DNA from: Octopus sinensis
Taxonomy: Eukaryota
DNA length: 64,000 nucleotides
Reading direction: 5' to 3'
NCBI RefSeq assembly: GCF_006345805.1
Contig: NC_043001.1
Location: 32,674,001-32,738,000, forward strand
The first letter of the stretch is position 1, and the number at the start of each line of letters is the position of its first letter. The position numbers and the translations under genes were made by a program. The notes beneath the pieces are model-generated. The model was not told where the DNA came from, ran no database searches, and worked only from the letters and a program-made list of their open reading frames with translations. This document shows positions 12,530 through 26,200 of this stretch, in pieces.

Positions 12530-12939
12530 TCTCTTTACGCATTTTACTTGTTTCAGTCATTTGACTGCGGCCATGCTGGAGCACCGCCTTTAGTCGAGCA
12601 AATCGACCCCGGGACTTATTCTTTGTAAGCCCAGTACTTATTCTATCGGTGTCTCTTTTGCCGAACCGCTAAGTTACGGGGATGTAAACACACCAGCATC
12701 GGTTGTCAAGCGTTGCTAGGGGGACATACACAGACACACAAACATACACACACACACACACATATACATATATACGACAGGCTTCTTTCAGTTTCCGTCT
12801 ACCAAATCCACTCACAAGGCATTGGTCGGCCCGAGGCTATAGCAGAAGACACTTGCCCAAGATGCCACGCAGTGGGACTGAACCCGGAACCATGTGGTTG
12901 GTAAGCCAGCTACTTACCACACAGCCACTCCTGCGCCTA
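12530..12939 (-). mobile_element. SINE family A, full length
   Basis: Near-identical to 1-262 and to 41776-42195 inverted. Confidence 0.93.
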
Positions 12940-13837
12940 TATACTGTTTATTTGTGAATAAACTTGTTTTTTTTTTTTGTTTTTTTTCACAAATCTAATG
13001 TGGGAGCCGATATCATATAAATAGAAAACGCATCTCACTAAAATGAGATTTTCTAATCTCAAAAAAAATTTAAATCTTCTGAGTAAGTGTTAAACGGAAT
13101 GTTGGGTGTATGTAATGACTAAGCTTATTAACTACAACGGCTGCAATCCCAAAAGTGAAATGAAAAATAGAACAATGGAATACGCTGCAGACGTGTGAAG
13201 AGTAACGGATTGCTTTATAACTACGTGTGGGAATGTATTACTACTGCACTCAATTTTTCGCATATCTAGTGTTGTTTTCAATGTAGGCGTAAATAGCACT
13301 ATAATATTGTAAAACAATTTGTTAAAATTAATTAGTGAACATTCATAAAACACTTTGACCTTGTAGTTCACGAGATGTCATAAAAAACGACGCAGACAGG
13401 GCAATCACAGAACCATGTAGTATTTCGTTGGTTGGGTATCTTGAATTGAAAGGGAATTAATAATACACTTAATCTAGAAGAATGAGAATTTATATTATAA
13501 CATACGGCTGAAATCCTTAATCTGGGATGCGACGTGCTCCGCCATACGCGATGCGATGCGTTCTCCGCCACCAGAATTACCGCATTGGCCACAAACATGA
13601 GTATCACCGCCCGCAATGTGCAGAGAAGAGGAAGATAATTAAATATCGGTGTTTGACCGGTTGTTATCTGTTCGTGTCGTTCACCCTCGAGACCTCAGAT
13701 GTTCTTCGACACCCGCCCCAACGCCTGATTTTCTCTGTAAAATCGATATGACAGCGACCCGTCTGAGAAATGACCCCCGCGAAGTAGGTGGCTGTTGTAC
13801 TGGGTGCTGCTGACCATTTTCCACGGCAATGCTTTTA

Positions 13838-14069
13838 TATTTTTTACTACCCACAAGGGGCTAAACACAGAGGGGACAAACAAGGACAGACAAACGGATT
13901 AAGTCGATTATATCGACCCCAGTGCGTAACAGGTGCTTATTTAATCGACCCCGAAAGGATGAAAGGCAAAGTCGACCTCGGCGGAATTTGAACTCAGAAC
14001 GTAGTGGCAGACGAAATACGGCTACGTATTTCGCCCGGCGTGCTAACGTTTCTGCCAGTTCGCCGCCTT
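13838..14069 (-). mobile_element. SINE family B (MetaSINE-like) monomer
   Basis: Core GCCTTTCATCCTTTCGGGGTCGAT inverted, resembling the Meta domain as I recall it; TSD gcaatgctttt at 13826-13836 and 14072-14082. Confidence 0.92.
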
Positions 14070-14406
14070 AAGCAATGCTTTTGCTATTATGCCCGAGGCA
14101 CAGCAGAACACGCCGTTCTGACTGGGGTATACAGCTTGTTACATCATCCCAATTTCTTTGGTTGCTGAATTCCCTTTCTTCTTTGATTCATTTTTTAAGG
14201 AATTTTGGTATTGCTTGTTTCGGCAGTCATTTCTGATTTCACTTACATTTTTCTGAAGTGAAAGACTGTCTTAAGGTTTCGTTAACCTAATCTCTTATAT
14301 ATCAAGCTCTTGGTGAGTAGGGGGTTCGAATTCCATCTTTTACCTTTTATTGTGCTCGGATGTAGTCCGTAACGCAGAGACACCACCTTGAAGAGCTCAA
14401 TTGAAC

Positions 14407-14474
<68 letters not shown>

Positions 14475-14657
14475 TGTGACCCCCTTTTGTTCACGTATGA
14501 CCATGGGATTGCACCTAGAAAGTTACCCTCCCAGGCACATGTCCGGGCAAAGTTGTTTATGAAAGACCAGCAATCGGCCATGCAAACCGGCCTCTCCTCT
14601 CTACGTCATGCATACACACATATATACATATTAATATATATATATTTCTACACACAC

Positions 14658-15233
<576 letters not shown>

Positions 15234-15399
15234 TGGCGCTATTCAGATTAACATTGGTCGCTATTTACTTCCAATTTAGACGTCTGTGGGGCAATGTTTG
15301 AGACAATGGAGATTTAATAACGAATACTTTTCGTCTTTTACTTATGAATCTAGTTTCAGATTTTATCAGTGTCAACTCTTCGTTTTCCAATTGCGGTTG

Positions 15400-15446
15400 A
15401 ATGCATACACATATACATACATAATATTGATATATATATATCACAT

Positions 15447-15485
<39 letters not shown>

Positions 15486-15575
15486 GCATACACATATACA
15501 TACATAATATTGATATATATATATCACATACGCACACACACACACACACACACACAACACACACACACACACACA
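15400..15575. repeat. Two-copy ~83-bp tandem duplication
   Basis: aatgcatacacatatacatacataatattgatata...(CA)n at ~15400 and ~15483. Confidence 0.85.
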
Positions 15576-16020
15576 AAACAATGCAGAACTTCAACAAGAC
15601 CCATTTAAAACAACGGATTTCACTACACAGTTAGCTTGACCTGCTAGAAATAACTATTAATTTCCCTGAGATCACACGCATACCATCTTAAAAACGATAG
15701 TGGGATATAAGACCAGTCCAAATATGTCTGAAAGATAGTTGGGACAGGTAGAAGCATTTCTTTGTTTATCGCGGAGAAAATACTCTGGCTGAATGCAGAA
15801 ATTAGAACACCATAGTCTGCTGAGAGCACACTCTGCTAGACTGATGAATGCTTTTCGAGCACATTGAGTTTTAGTTATGTTAAGTACCAGACGGGTATGT
15901 TCGGAATGTCCTTCATAATCGGTCTGCTTGATGAGTAGAAGTTAACCAACAGCAGTAACGTTTTATAGAAATATACACACCCAAGCGTGCGCACATACAC
16001 ACACAAACACGCACTAGCAA

Positions 16021-16077
<57 letters not shown>

Positions 16078-16119
16078 AGGTCGTCTTTCCTATTGGAAAC
16101 CTATACATAATAAAAATAT

Positions 16120-16352
16120 TTATTTCTTTATTACCCACAAGGGGCTAAACAGAGAGAGGACAAACAAGGACAGACAAACAGATTTAGTCGATTATATCGA
16201 CACCAGTGCGTAACTGGTACTTATTTAGTCGACCCCGAAAGGATGAAAGGCAAAGTCGACCTTGGCGGAATTTGAACTCACAACGTAATGACAGACGAAA
16301 TATCGCTAAGCATTTCGCCCGGCGTGCTATCGTTTCTGCCAGCTCGCCGCCC
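16120..16352 (-). mobile_element. SINE family B monomer
   Basis: Matches 13838-14069. Confidence 0.9.
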
Positions 16353-16394
16353 TAAAAAAAATATTAACAACAACAATAATAACTATAATAATAA

Positions 16395-17360
16395 TGAGAA
16401 TAATAAACCAGGATCATAGATATCACAATGCCTAAGATCTAGAAGAGATTGAAAAGTGCAGACTGCTAAACGATGAAATTGCAAGAATGTGGACTATAAG
16501 GAGAGTGTCTGTCATTCCAGTAGCTGTAAGGGCACCCGGAGCACTAACAACCAAGTTCCAGAAATATGTTTAAGAAATCGGAATTGACATGAGAACAGAG
16601 CAAGTCTCCAAAATCGCTTTGCTGGTTACGTTTGAATGGCAGCGAGCTGACAGAAACTTTAGCACATCGGGGGAATGCTTAGCAGTATTTCGTCTGCCGT
16701 TACGTTCTGAGTTCAAATTCCGCCGAGGTCGACTTTGACTTTCATCCTTTCGGGGTCGATAAATTAAATACCAGTTACACACTGGAGTCGATGTAATCGA
16801 CTTAATCCGTTTGTCTGTCCTTGTTTGACTCCTCTATGTTTAGCCCCTTGTGGGCAATAAAGAAATAAGAAACGTTAGCACGCCGGGCGAAATGCGTAGC
16901 CGTATTTCGTCTGCCGTTACGTTCTGAGTTCAAATTCCACCGAGGTCGACTTTGCCTTTCATCCTTTCGGGGTGGATTAAATAGGTACCAGTTACGCACT
17001 GGGGTCGATATAATCGATTTAATCCGTTTGCCTGTCCTTGTTTGTCCCCTCTGTGTTTAGCCCCTTGTGGGTAGTAAAGAAATGAGTATTTCGTCTGCCG
17101 TTACGTTCTGAGCTCAAATTCCGCCGAGGTAGACTTACCTTTCGTCCTTTCGGGGTCGATAAATTAAGTACCAGTTATACACTGGGGTAGATTTTGAAAT
17201 TGGTACTCGTTGACCGTCACCCGTGATAATTAGCAAACCAATTCTCAAAGCTTATAATGTACGGAAATACACATTGTGAGACAGTAGGCTGTTGTCCGCT
17301 CTCACAGAATCTACCAGAGCAAACAAGACCGAACGTTCTGAGAAGTAAAACCACAGAAAT
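16395..17360 (+). pseudogene. R4/Dong-like non-LTR 3' fragment (REL endonuclease C-terminus plus 3' UTR), interrupted by a SINE-B array
   Basis: IIDITMP...EEIEKCRLLNDEIARMWTIRRVSVIPVAVRAPGALTTKFQKYV*EIGIDMRTEQVSKIALL resembles the REL C-terminal consensus; (AAT)n on both sides. Confidence 0.7.
16637..17190 (+). mobile_element. SINE family B concatemer (3 units, last one partial)
   Basis: Junctions at ~16868 and ~17085. Confidence 0.92.
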
Positions 17361-17689
17361 AATAATAATAATAATAATTAGTGAAAATCAAATTGCAGAA
17401 TGACATGGGAAAAATCTGCTGAGATGTGGTGAAACCAGTGAGAAAATGTCTGATGTTCCAAAAATAATGAAACAATCGTTTTTAGTGGATCGGCGCAAAT
17501 CCCACACGTTGAAGTTCTAATGCTTTGGTACTATTAAAATAATACTACTGCTGCTGTTTATTATCAATTATGATGATAATGATGATGATGAATATGATGA
17601 GATGATGATGATGAAGATGCTGCTGATGATGGTGTAGACGATGATGGTTGTTATGATGGCCATCACAATCATGATAGTCAAACGTAAAT

Positions 17690-18378
17690 ATTCTTTTCTA
17701 CTCTATGAACAAGGCCTGATATTTGGAGGGAGGGGGTCAGTCGATTAGATCGACCGCGGTACGCAACTGGTGCTTAATTTATAGACCCCGAAAGGACGAA
17801 AGGCAAAGTCGACCTGGGCGGAATTTGATCTCCGAACGTAACTACAGACGAAATACCACTAAGCATTTCGCCCGGCGTGCTAACGTTTCTTATTTCTTTA
17901 TTGACCACAAGGGGCTAAACACAGAGGGGACAAACAAGGACACACAAAGGGATTAAGTCGATTGGATCGACCGCGGTACGCGTAACTGGTACTTAATTTA
18001 TCGACCCCGAAAGGATGAAATGCAAAGTCGACCTCGGCGGAATTTGAACTCAGAACGTAAAGACAGACGAACTACTTATTTCTTTACTACCCACAAGGGG
18101 CTAAACCCAGAGAGGACAAACAAGAACAGACAAACGGATTAAGTCGATTATATCGACCTCAGTGCGTAACTGGCACTTATTTAATTGACCCCGAAAGGAT
18201 GAAAGGCAAAGTCGACCTCGGCGGAATTTGATCATCGAACGTAACTGCAGACGAAATACCACTAAGCATTTCCCCCGGCGTGCTAACGTTTCTTATTTCT
18301 TTATTGCCTACAAGGGGCTAAGTATAGAGGGGACAAACAAGGACACACAAAGGGATTAAGTCGATTACATCGACCCCG
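17690..18378 (-). mobile_element. SINE family B concatemer (3 units plus a tail fragment)
   Basis: Repeated gaccccgaaaggatgaaaggcaaagtcgacctcggcggaatttg. Confidence 0.92.
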
Positions 18379-18492
18379 CTCGAAACGTAAAATCCTCCTT
18401 CTTTCTTTCCTTTCCTGAGCGTCCAACAACACTATACTTGTTCCACGTCCTCGCGTTGTGTTTTTCTTTGTGTTTTTATGTTTGGATTAACT
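18377..18492 (+). mobile_element. Penelope-type terminal fragment (3' half of a hammerhead) ending in (TA)n
   Basis: ccgctcgaaacgtaaa...gtttggattaactatata matches 1186-1280. Confidence 0.7.
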
Positions 18493-19239
18493 ATATATAT
18501 ATATATATATTAAGAGGGAGAAAGAGAGAGAGATATTAATCAATGAAATTCCAACTTAGTCTGATTTTCACGTATTATTGCTTGTAGTTTTTACAATTGC
18601 ATAATATTGAAATAAGCTAGTACTTTCATGCGTTTTGCAGTCATCAGGTTTGTGTAGTGACAATTGTGGTACAATTGCAAACCATAAAAAGTGAAAATCA
18701 AAGTTCGAATTTCATTCATCAATATATTCTTCTGTACACAGTCATATAAACTCTTATGTGTGTGTGTGTGTGTGTGTATGTGTGTGTATGTGTGTCTTTG
18801 TATCTGACGAACACTGTTTGAAGAACAGGTGTTGGTGTGTTTATGTTCCCATCAATTAGTGGTTTGGCACCAGAAACCGATAGAACACGTACCAGATTTA
18901 CAAAAGGAAAGAAAATAAAATAAATACTGGCGTCGATTCTTTCGACTGAAATTCCTTCAAGGTGGTGCACCAGCAAGGCCGTAGTCTAATCACTTCAACA
19001 AGTAAAAGAATACAGGAATAAAAGAATACAAGAACAGAGAACAGCTTTAAAATGAAATAGAAGTTGAAGCATTTGATATTTGCTGACGTCATGATTTATA
19101 AAGCAGACTCTGACGTCAGATGCTATTTCCTTAATTCGCCTTATCGCTCGAGAACGAGCAACTGTTGTTCGGTGATGGACCACCGCCATATTTGATAATA
19201 ACATAGCTGAAGTTACAACTACGTTAATCATCAACGTCA

Positions 19240-19508
19240 CCGCCACCGCCGCCGCCGCCGCCGTCACTATCAAATTCATCGTCATCATCATCATCATCGT
19301 CATTGTTATGGTCGTTGTTGTCGTCGTCGTGGTCATCATCATCATCATCATTACCTCCATCAACACCACCACCACCACCTCTAACACTCCACCATTACCA
19401 TTGCCACCACCTCGACCTCCCTCACTACCGCCATCATCATCATCATCATCATCATTATTATCAGCACCAGCACCAGCAGCCTCAGCAGCTTCATCATCAT
19501 CGTCTTGG

Positions 19509-19550
<42 letters not shown>

Positions 19551-19577
19551 CTATCACCATCATCACCATCATCATCA
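19240..19577. repeat. Compound trinucleotide microsatellite (CAT/CAC/CGC)
   Basis: Direct reading; explains several low-complexity ORFs. Confidence 0.95.
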
Positions 19578-19829
19578 AAAGAGTGTGGTGGCCAAATCGT
19601 TAGAACGTCGGACAAAAGGGCTAGCGATATTCGTGCTAGTTCTTTAACGTCCTTAGACCAAATGCTGCTGCGGTCAACATTTCCGTAAATTTACCTGGAG
19701 TCGATAAAACAGAGTACCAGTGGAGTACTGGGGTTGATGTAGTACAGTTAGCTACCACCCAGATACACTCGAAAAAATAAAAAAAATAATAAATGTCCAG
19801 TATCAATGTTCAAAGGAAGCGTAATAACA

Positions 19830-20600
19830 AGGCAACGCACTGGCAGAAACGTTGGCACGCCGGGCGAAATGCTTAGCGGTATTTCGTCTGCCGTTACGTT
19901 CTGAGTTCAAATTCCACCGAGGTCGACTTTGCCTTTCATCCTTTCTGGGTCGATTAAATAAGTACCAGTTACGCACTGAGGTCGATATAATCGACTTAAT
20001 CCCTTTGTCTGTCCTTGTTTGTCCTCTCTGTGTTTAGCCCCTTGTGGGTAGTAAAGAAGTGGGTATTTCGTCGGTCTTTACGTTGTGAGTTCAAATTCTA
20101 CCGAGGCCGACTTTGCTTTTCATCTTTTCGGGATCGATAAATTATGTACCAGTTATGCACTGGGGTCGATGTAATCGACGTAACCCCTTTGTCTGTCCTT
20201 GTTTATCCCCTCTATGTTTAACCCCTTGTGGGTAGTAAAGAAATAGGTATTTCGTCTATCTTTACCTTGTGAGTTCAAATTCCACTGAGGTCGACTTTGC
20301 CTTTTATCTTTTCGGGGTCGATTAAATAAGTACCAGTTACGCACTGGGTCGATGTAATCAACTTAATCTGTCTGTCTGTCCTTGTTTGTCCTCCCTGTGT
20401 TTAGCCCCTTGTGGGTAGTAAAGAAATAGGTGTTTCGTCTATCTTTACCTTGTGAGTTCAAATTCCACCGAGGTCAACTTTGCCTTTCATCTTTTCGGAG
20501 TCGAAAAATTATGTACCAGTTACGTACTGGGGTCGATCTAATCGACTTGCCCCTTCCCCCAAAATTTCGAGCCTTGTGCCTAGAGTAGAAAAGAATCGTT
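19830..20600 (+). mobile_element. SINE family B concatemer (4 units, ~183-bp period)
   Basis: Junctions at 20062, 20246 and 20429; last unit has the alternative tail ...gccttgtgcctagagtagaaaaga. Confidence 0.93.
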
Positions 20601-20739
20601 AGCACGCAGGACGAAATTTATTGCATGCAAAGGATGTTTCTTTTCTTTTGTTTTTTCATAATTACTGATCTACTCTCTTTTACTCTTTTACTTGTTTCAG
20701 TAATTTGACTGTGGCCATGCTGGAGTACCACCTTTTGTC

Positions 20740-21062
20740 GGAATCGATAAATTAAGTACCAGTTGCGTACTGGATAGATCTAATCCACCGACTCCCTCCC
20801 CCTAAAATTCGGGCCTTGTGTTTAGAGTAGAAAAGAATATTTTTAAAGGCGGCGAGGTGGCAGAAACGTTAGCACACCAGGCGAAATGTTTAGTGGTATT
20901 TCGTCTGTCTTTACGTTCTGAGTTCAAATTCCGCCGTTGTCGACTTTGCCTTTCATCCTTTCGGGGTCAATGAATTAAGTACCAGTTGCGTACTGGGGTC
21001 GATCTAATCGACTGCCCTCCCTCCCCCAAAATTTCGGACCTTGTGCCTAGAGTAGAAAAGAA
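20740..21062 (+). mobile_element. SINE family B copies with tail type 2
   Basis: Head aaggcggcgaggtggcagaaacg at ~20846; tail ctagagtagaaaaga. Confidence 0.88.
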
Positions 21063-21369
21063 TCATGTAGAACGTTGGAAAAACGCGTTGTGGTACCTTT
21101 CCCCTGAAAACTGCTGGCCTTGTACCTCAATTAGAAAAACATTTAACAAAGGCAACAAGCTGGCTGAATCGTCAGAGAGTCTGCTCCCGGAAATACTGAA
21201 TTTGTTGTGGCTCTACGTTCAAATCCTACCGAAGTCAACATTATCTTTCGTCCTTTCGGGTTCGATAAAATAAGATATGGTTTTGATGGATTAACTCACC
21301 CACACCTCACTCCAGTTGGATGACCCTTTTCCGATACGTTCTCGATTGTACGTATATTTGTTTTTAAAA

Positions 21370-21750
21370 TATTCTTTTCTACTCTAGGCACAAGGGAGCA
21401 AGTCGATTAGATCGACCCCAGTGCGTGACTGGTTCTTAATTTATCAACCCCGAAAGGATGAAAGGCAAAGTTGACCGCGGCAGAATTTGACCTCATAAGG
21501 TAAAGACAGATGAAATATATATTTCTTTACAACCCTCAAGGGGCTAAACACAGAGAGGACAAACAAGGACAGACAAACGGATTAAGTCGTTTACATCAAC
21601 CCCAGTGCGTAACTGGTACTTAACTTATCGACCCCGAAAGTATGATAAGCAAAGTCAACCTCGGCGGAATTTGAACTTAGAACGTAACGGCAGACGAAAT
21701 ACGGCTACGCATTTTGCCCGGCGTGCTAAGGTTTCTGCCAGCTCGCCGCT
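21370..21750 (-). mobile_element. SINE family B dimer
   Basis: Two inverted B cores. Confidence 0.88.
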
Positions 21751-21819
21751 TTTTGTTTTAAAAATATTATCGTTTGCTACTGCCTTAGTTTACATTTTTA
21801 TTCCTTTTTTTATTTTTAG

Positions 21820-21886
21820 GTGATAATCAAAGAAGAAAGGTCAGCACTGATGACCCTTTAAAGGGCCCCTCAAACGATGGGAGAAA
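21820..21886 (+). CDS. Candidate internal exon, (x)DNQRRKVSTDDPLKGPSNDGR
   Basis: Long polypyrimidine tract plus AG at 21818-21819; possible donor AAA|GTGAGG; one open frame; no recognised homology. Confidence 0.25.
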
Positions 21887-22733
21887 GTGAGGAAATTTAT
21901 CGACAGATGTGGAGCTGGTCTTATCGTGGACTCATGTTTGTAAAAAGAACAGAGGAACCAAGTGATGCCGTTAACCGGACAGAATTGTAATCCCAGTTTT
22001 TGAAGGAATTAAAAAAAAAATCTGTGATAGTCGATATCTTTTCAGAATTTTAACTCTCTCTGTCATTGGACAGAGTCCATGCTGGTGTGCCGCTTTGAAG
22101 CATTTAGTCGAATGAATCGACGCCAGGACTTATTCCGTCGGTATCTTTTAACAAACTGCTATTCTTTGTGGACGTAAGCAAACCAGCAGTAGCTGTCAAG
22201 CGGTGAAGTGGGGGCAGACACAAATGCAAAGACATACACAGGTGCGTGCGCTCACACAGGCGCACGTGCACTCACGCACATACACACACGCACACACGCA
22301 CACACGCACACACGTACGTACGCACATCCATCCATATATATATATATTTTTACAATCAAGGATAAAGTCTATATAGGATTTTATCAGGTAGTTACCATGT
22401 AAAACCTTTTTCCGACACTTTTTTTCTGCAAAATAGGGTTAGCTTATCCTGTTCAGGCTATATTATTAGCATTATCCTGTGTTTGAGAATTTAAAATCAC
22501 TTCTTTAACTTTCTAAGACATCTCAACGCTTCTAAAGCAAACTTTGTTTGTGTATGTTCATCGCAAATTTGAATTTTAGGTATAAATTAATACAAGGTAT
22601 ATAATTTTTTAGAATAAAAAATTATAAGGGCAAACTATATAGTTTTAGAGTCATTTGACGTCTTATTCTAGCATATGATACTAACATGTAACTGGCCCTT
22701 ATTATAATATGTATGTATGTATGTATGTATGTA

Positions 22734-22808
<75 letters not shown>

Positions 22809-22825
22809 ATACATACATACATACA

Positions 22826-22861
<36 letters not shown>

Positions 22862-22957
22862 TATATTATATATATATATATATATTTGTTGTGCAAGATT
22901 TTCTATGTGAAGTCGTTTATTGGCTAAACTGGCAAAATGACCATTCCGAAATATAAC

Positions 22958-23059
<102 letters not shown>

Positions 23060-23305
23060 TTTTATTCTTTTATTCTTTTATACTTTTATTTATTTCTGTC
23101 ATTTGACTGCGGCCATGCTGGAGCAAGGCCTTTAGTCGAGCAAATCGATCTCAGCACTTATTTGTAATCCTAGTACTTATTTTAACGGTGTCTTTAGCCA
23201 AACCGCTAAGTTACGTGACATAAACACATCAACATCGGTTATCAAGTGATGGTTGGAGGACAAATATACACACACGAACATATACCTATATATAATATAT
23301 ATAAT

Positions 23306-23337
<32 letters not shown>

Positions 23338-23430
23338 AAATATTATTCGAGACAAAACCACTATTTTGCAAAACAAACAAGGAAAGACTTAATCAATACA
23401 TAAAATTTTAATAAATAGTCAAAAAAACCG

Positions 23431-23473
23431 CCACTACAATCGTTTCTTGTCTTGATCGACAATCTTCAGGTGG
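23431..23473 (-). ncRNA. Mirror copy of the same hammerhead motif
   Basis: Exact reverse complement of 23519-23561. Confidence 0.8.
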
Positions 23474-23518
23474 ACTTCCAATAATTCAGTGTCAAATTGA
23501 CACTGAATTATTGGAAGT

Positions 23519-23561
23519 CCACCTGAAGATTGTCGATCAAGACAAGAAACGATTGTAGTGG
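23519..23561 (+). ncRNA. Complete minimal type-I hammerhead ribozyme motif
   Basis: CCAC-CTGAAGA-TTGTC-gatcaa-GACAA-GAAA-C-gatt-G-TA|GTGG; predicted cleavage after 23557. Confidence 0.8.
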
Positions 23562-23733
23562 CGGTTTTTTTGACTATTTATTAAAATTTTATGTATTGAT
23601 TAAGTCTTTCCTTGTTTGTTTTGCAAAATAGTGGTTTTGTCTCGAATAATATTTTATAATATTTTACTATAAAATCGATTTAATCATAAATCTGATTTTT
23701 TTCCCTGTAAATTTGGATTTATTCCCTAATATT

Positions 23734-23847
<114 letters not shown>

Positions 23848-24094
23848 TATATATATATGTATATATACGACGAGCTTCTTTCAGTTTCCGTCTACCATAT
23901 CCACTCACAAGGCCTTAGTCGGCCCGAGGCTACAGTAGAAGATACTTGCCCAAGGTACCACGGAGTGAGACTGAACCCGGAACCATGTGGCTGGAAAGCA
24001 AGCTACTTACTACACAGCTTGCAAAATTATCACAGAACTTACTCAGAGTTTCACGTTTCCGTTCGTCGGACAATCGATATATGTACGTATGTGC

Positions 24095-24125
<31 letters not shown>

Positions 24126-24695
24126 TGTATGTATTATACACGTATCCACGCTGTCTTCAAACACTTTCCGCCAACCAAATCCACTCAAATGGCTCTGGTT
24201 GGCCCGGGGCTATAGAAGAAGGCACTCGCTCGAAGTGAGGTGCTACGTAGTGGGACTGAAACTCATGAACCCCTACCCGAATGATTGCAAAAGCAAGTTT
24301 CTTAATCATGCATACATGCCTTCGCACATGCGTAGAGCCATACCAATAAGAAGGTGTAGCAAGACCTCTTCTAAGTTGAAGAGGCAGTAGGTAACATTCA
24401 CAGCCTTCTTAAACTATTTCCTATCTGCTTTCCTTGGAATATTTAATCGTTTGATGTCAGACCACCTATTACGAGATGTTTCCCCCCACCTCTTAAACAC
24501 TCTCTAGAGTTAAGGTCTGTAAAAATGATTAAATAGTACATGGAAATCGTATATAAAATGCTAAAGTTAGCAATTGGTTGATGGGAATGCTTTAAAACCA
24601 TTAGGTGCTATTTTGTGATCGGTTTGTACTTGTGTTGGATGGGTGAATGGAGGTCTTTTCTTAGTTGCACATAACTGTAATTCACATTCTCGATT

Positions 24696-24757
<62 letters not shown>

Positions 24758-24784
24758 TAATAATAATAAAAATCATAATAATAA

Positions 24785-24900
24785 CACTTTCAATACAGTA
24801 AAAATAAGAACATCACAACAAACCACAGCACATACCCAAGGCACACAGAGCTGCGCTCGGTAGTGCAATGAAAGCACGTGATAAAAATAAGACTGCTGAG
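24785..24900 (+). mobile_element. Short 3'-terminal fragment of a probable Dong/R4-like element within (AAT)n
   Basis: Begins ACACTTTCAATACAGTAA (TLSIQ*, ORF-end like) then ~100 bp UTR; (AAT)n on both sides. Confidence 0.55.
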
Positions 24901-24914
24901 TAATAATAATAATA

Positions 24915-24965
<51 letters not shown>

Positions 24966-25228
24966 TAATAATAAGAAGAAGAAGAAGGAGAAGAAGAAGA
25001 AGAAGAAGAAGAAGAATAAGAATAATAATATTAATAATATTTCATATATTGCCTAACTGGCAACCATTAAAATGGATGTCCCTTCTCTTGTATCCTCTTT
25101 CTTTCCTTCTTTCTTTCTTTCTTTTTCTTTCCTTTCTCTCTTTCTTTTTAAGTAATCGATTTAAGTAATTTTTCGTAACTTTTTGTTCGGCAGTTAATCC
25201 ATCTATTATTTTTGTGTGTGTGTGGTCC

Positions 25229-25642
25229 TTTCTTCTTCTTCTTCTTCTTCTTCTTCTTCTTCTTCTTCTTCTTCTTCTTCTTCTTCTTTTCTTCTTCTTC
25301 TTTTTCTTCTTCTTCTTCTTCTTCTTCTTCTTCTTCTTCTTCTTCTTCTTCTTCTTCTTCTTCTTCTTCGGCCTTGGACGAGTTGGTAGCAAAAGGGTAA
25401 AACTTCTGGGGAAAATTTGATAGGTGGTTACTGTGTAGAAGCCTAGTAGAGGGACCGTTCTTGTTTTTAAGGGGACGACTTAACCCATCACTTGGTTTAA
25501 TAAAAATCACGTGGTTTTAACTGAGAAGACAAACTCAGGTGGCGTTGATGATGGTGCTGTCTTCTTCTTCTTCTTCTTCTTCTTCTTCTTCTTCTTCTTC
25601 TTCTTCTTCTTCTTCTTCTTCTTCTTCTTCTTCTTCTTCTTC
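25229..25642. repeat. Two long (TTC)n tracts flanking ~190 bp of unique sequence
   Basis: Direct reading. Confidence 0.95.
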
Positions 25643-25824
25643 GTGTTGATTCTCTTCTCCTTCTCGTTCTCCTTCCCTTCGTCATCATCATCGTGGTCAC
25701 TTTTTTTCAATCACACATTTTAACCTCTTAATCAGAACGGTAACGATAATGAGAACGGCTATGGTGGTGATGCTGGTTGGTGGTAGTGATGATGGTCATG
25801 ATGATGATGATGATGACGACTGTA

Positions 25825-26200
25825 TACTTAAGAAGCTCGACTTGCAACCACGTGGTTTTGGGTTCGTTCCTACTCTATATGGGCAAGTGTCTTCTGCTAC
25901 AGCCCCGGATCGACCAATGCTCTGTGAGTGAATTTGGTACGCGGAAAATGGAGAAGCACGTCGTAAATGTGTGTGTGTATGTGTGTTTGTGTCTCTGTCT
26001 TTGACCCCCCCCCCAACGTTGCTTGACAACCGATGCTGGTGTGTTTACGTCCCTGTAACATAGCGGGTTGGCAAAAGAGACCGATAGAATAAGTACTAGG
26101 CTTACAAAGAATAAGTCCTGGGGTCGATTTGCTCGACTAAAAGGCGGTGCTCCAGCATGGCCACAGTCAAACGACTGAAAAAAGTAAAAGAGTAAAAGAG
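25825..26200 (+). mobile_element. SINE family A, diverged head
   Basis: gggcaagtgtcttctgctacagcc through the agtaaaagag tail. Confidence 0.85.

Noticed and set aside
13370-13825. CpG-rich block with VCGQCGNSG on minus as a zinc-knuckle exon
   Set aside because: Incomplete motif and interrupted frames; possibly decayed LINE ORF1 but unsupported.
18995-19688. Long ORFs (206, 126 and 114 aa)
   Set aside because: Stop-free read-through of CAT/CAC microsatellites. The same applies to the YI, CV, K/E/R and LSIY ORFs elsewhere.
19830-20600. Regular repeat array as CRISPR or satellite
   Set aside because: Units are SINE-B bodies that also occur as dispersed monomers with TSDs.
21847-21875. CTGATGA followed by the CCCTTTAAAGGG hairpin as a hammerhead
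   Set aside because: No GAAA after the hairpin and no helix I or III.
23857-24390. 177-aa ORF
   Set aside because: Antisense read-through of two SINE-A heads and a (TATG)n tract.
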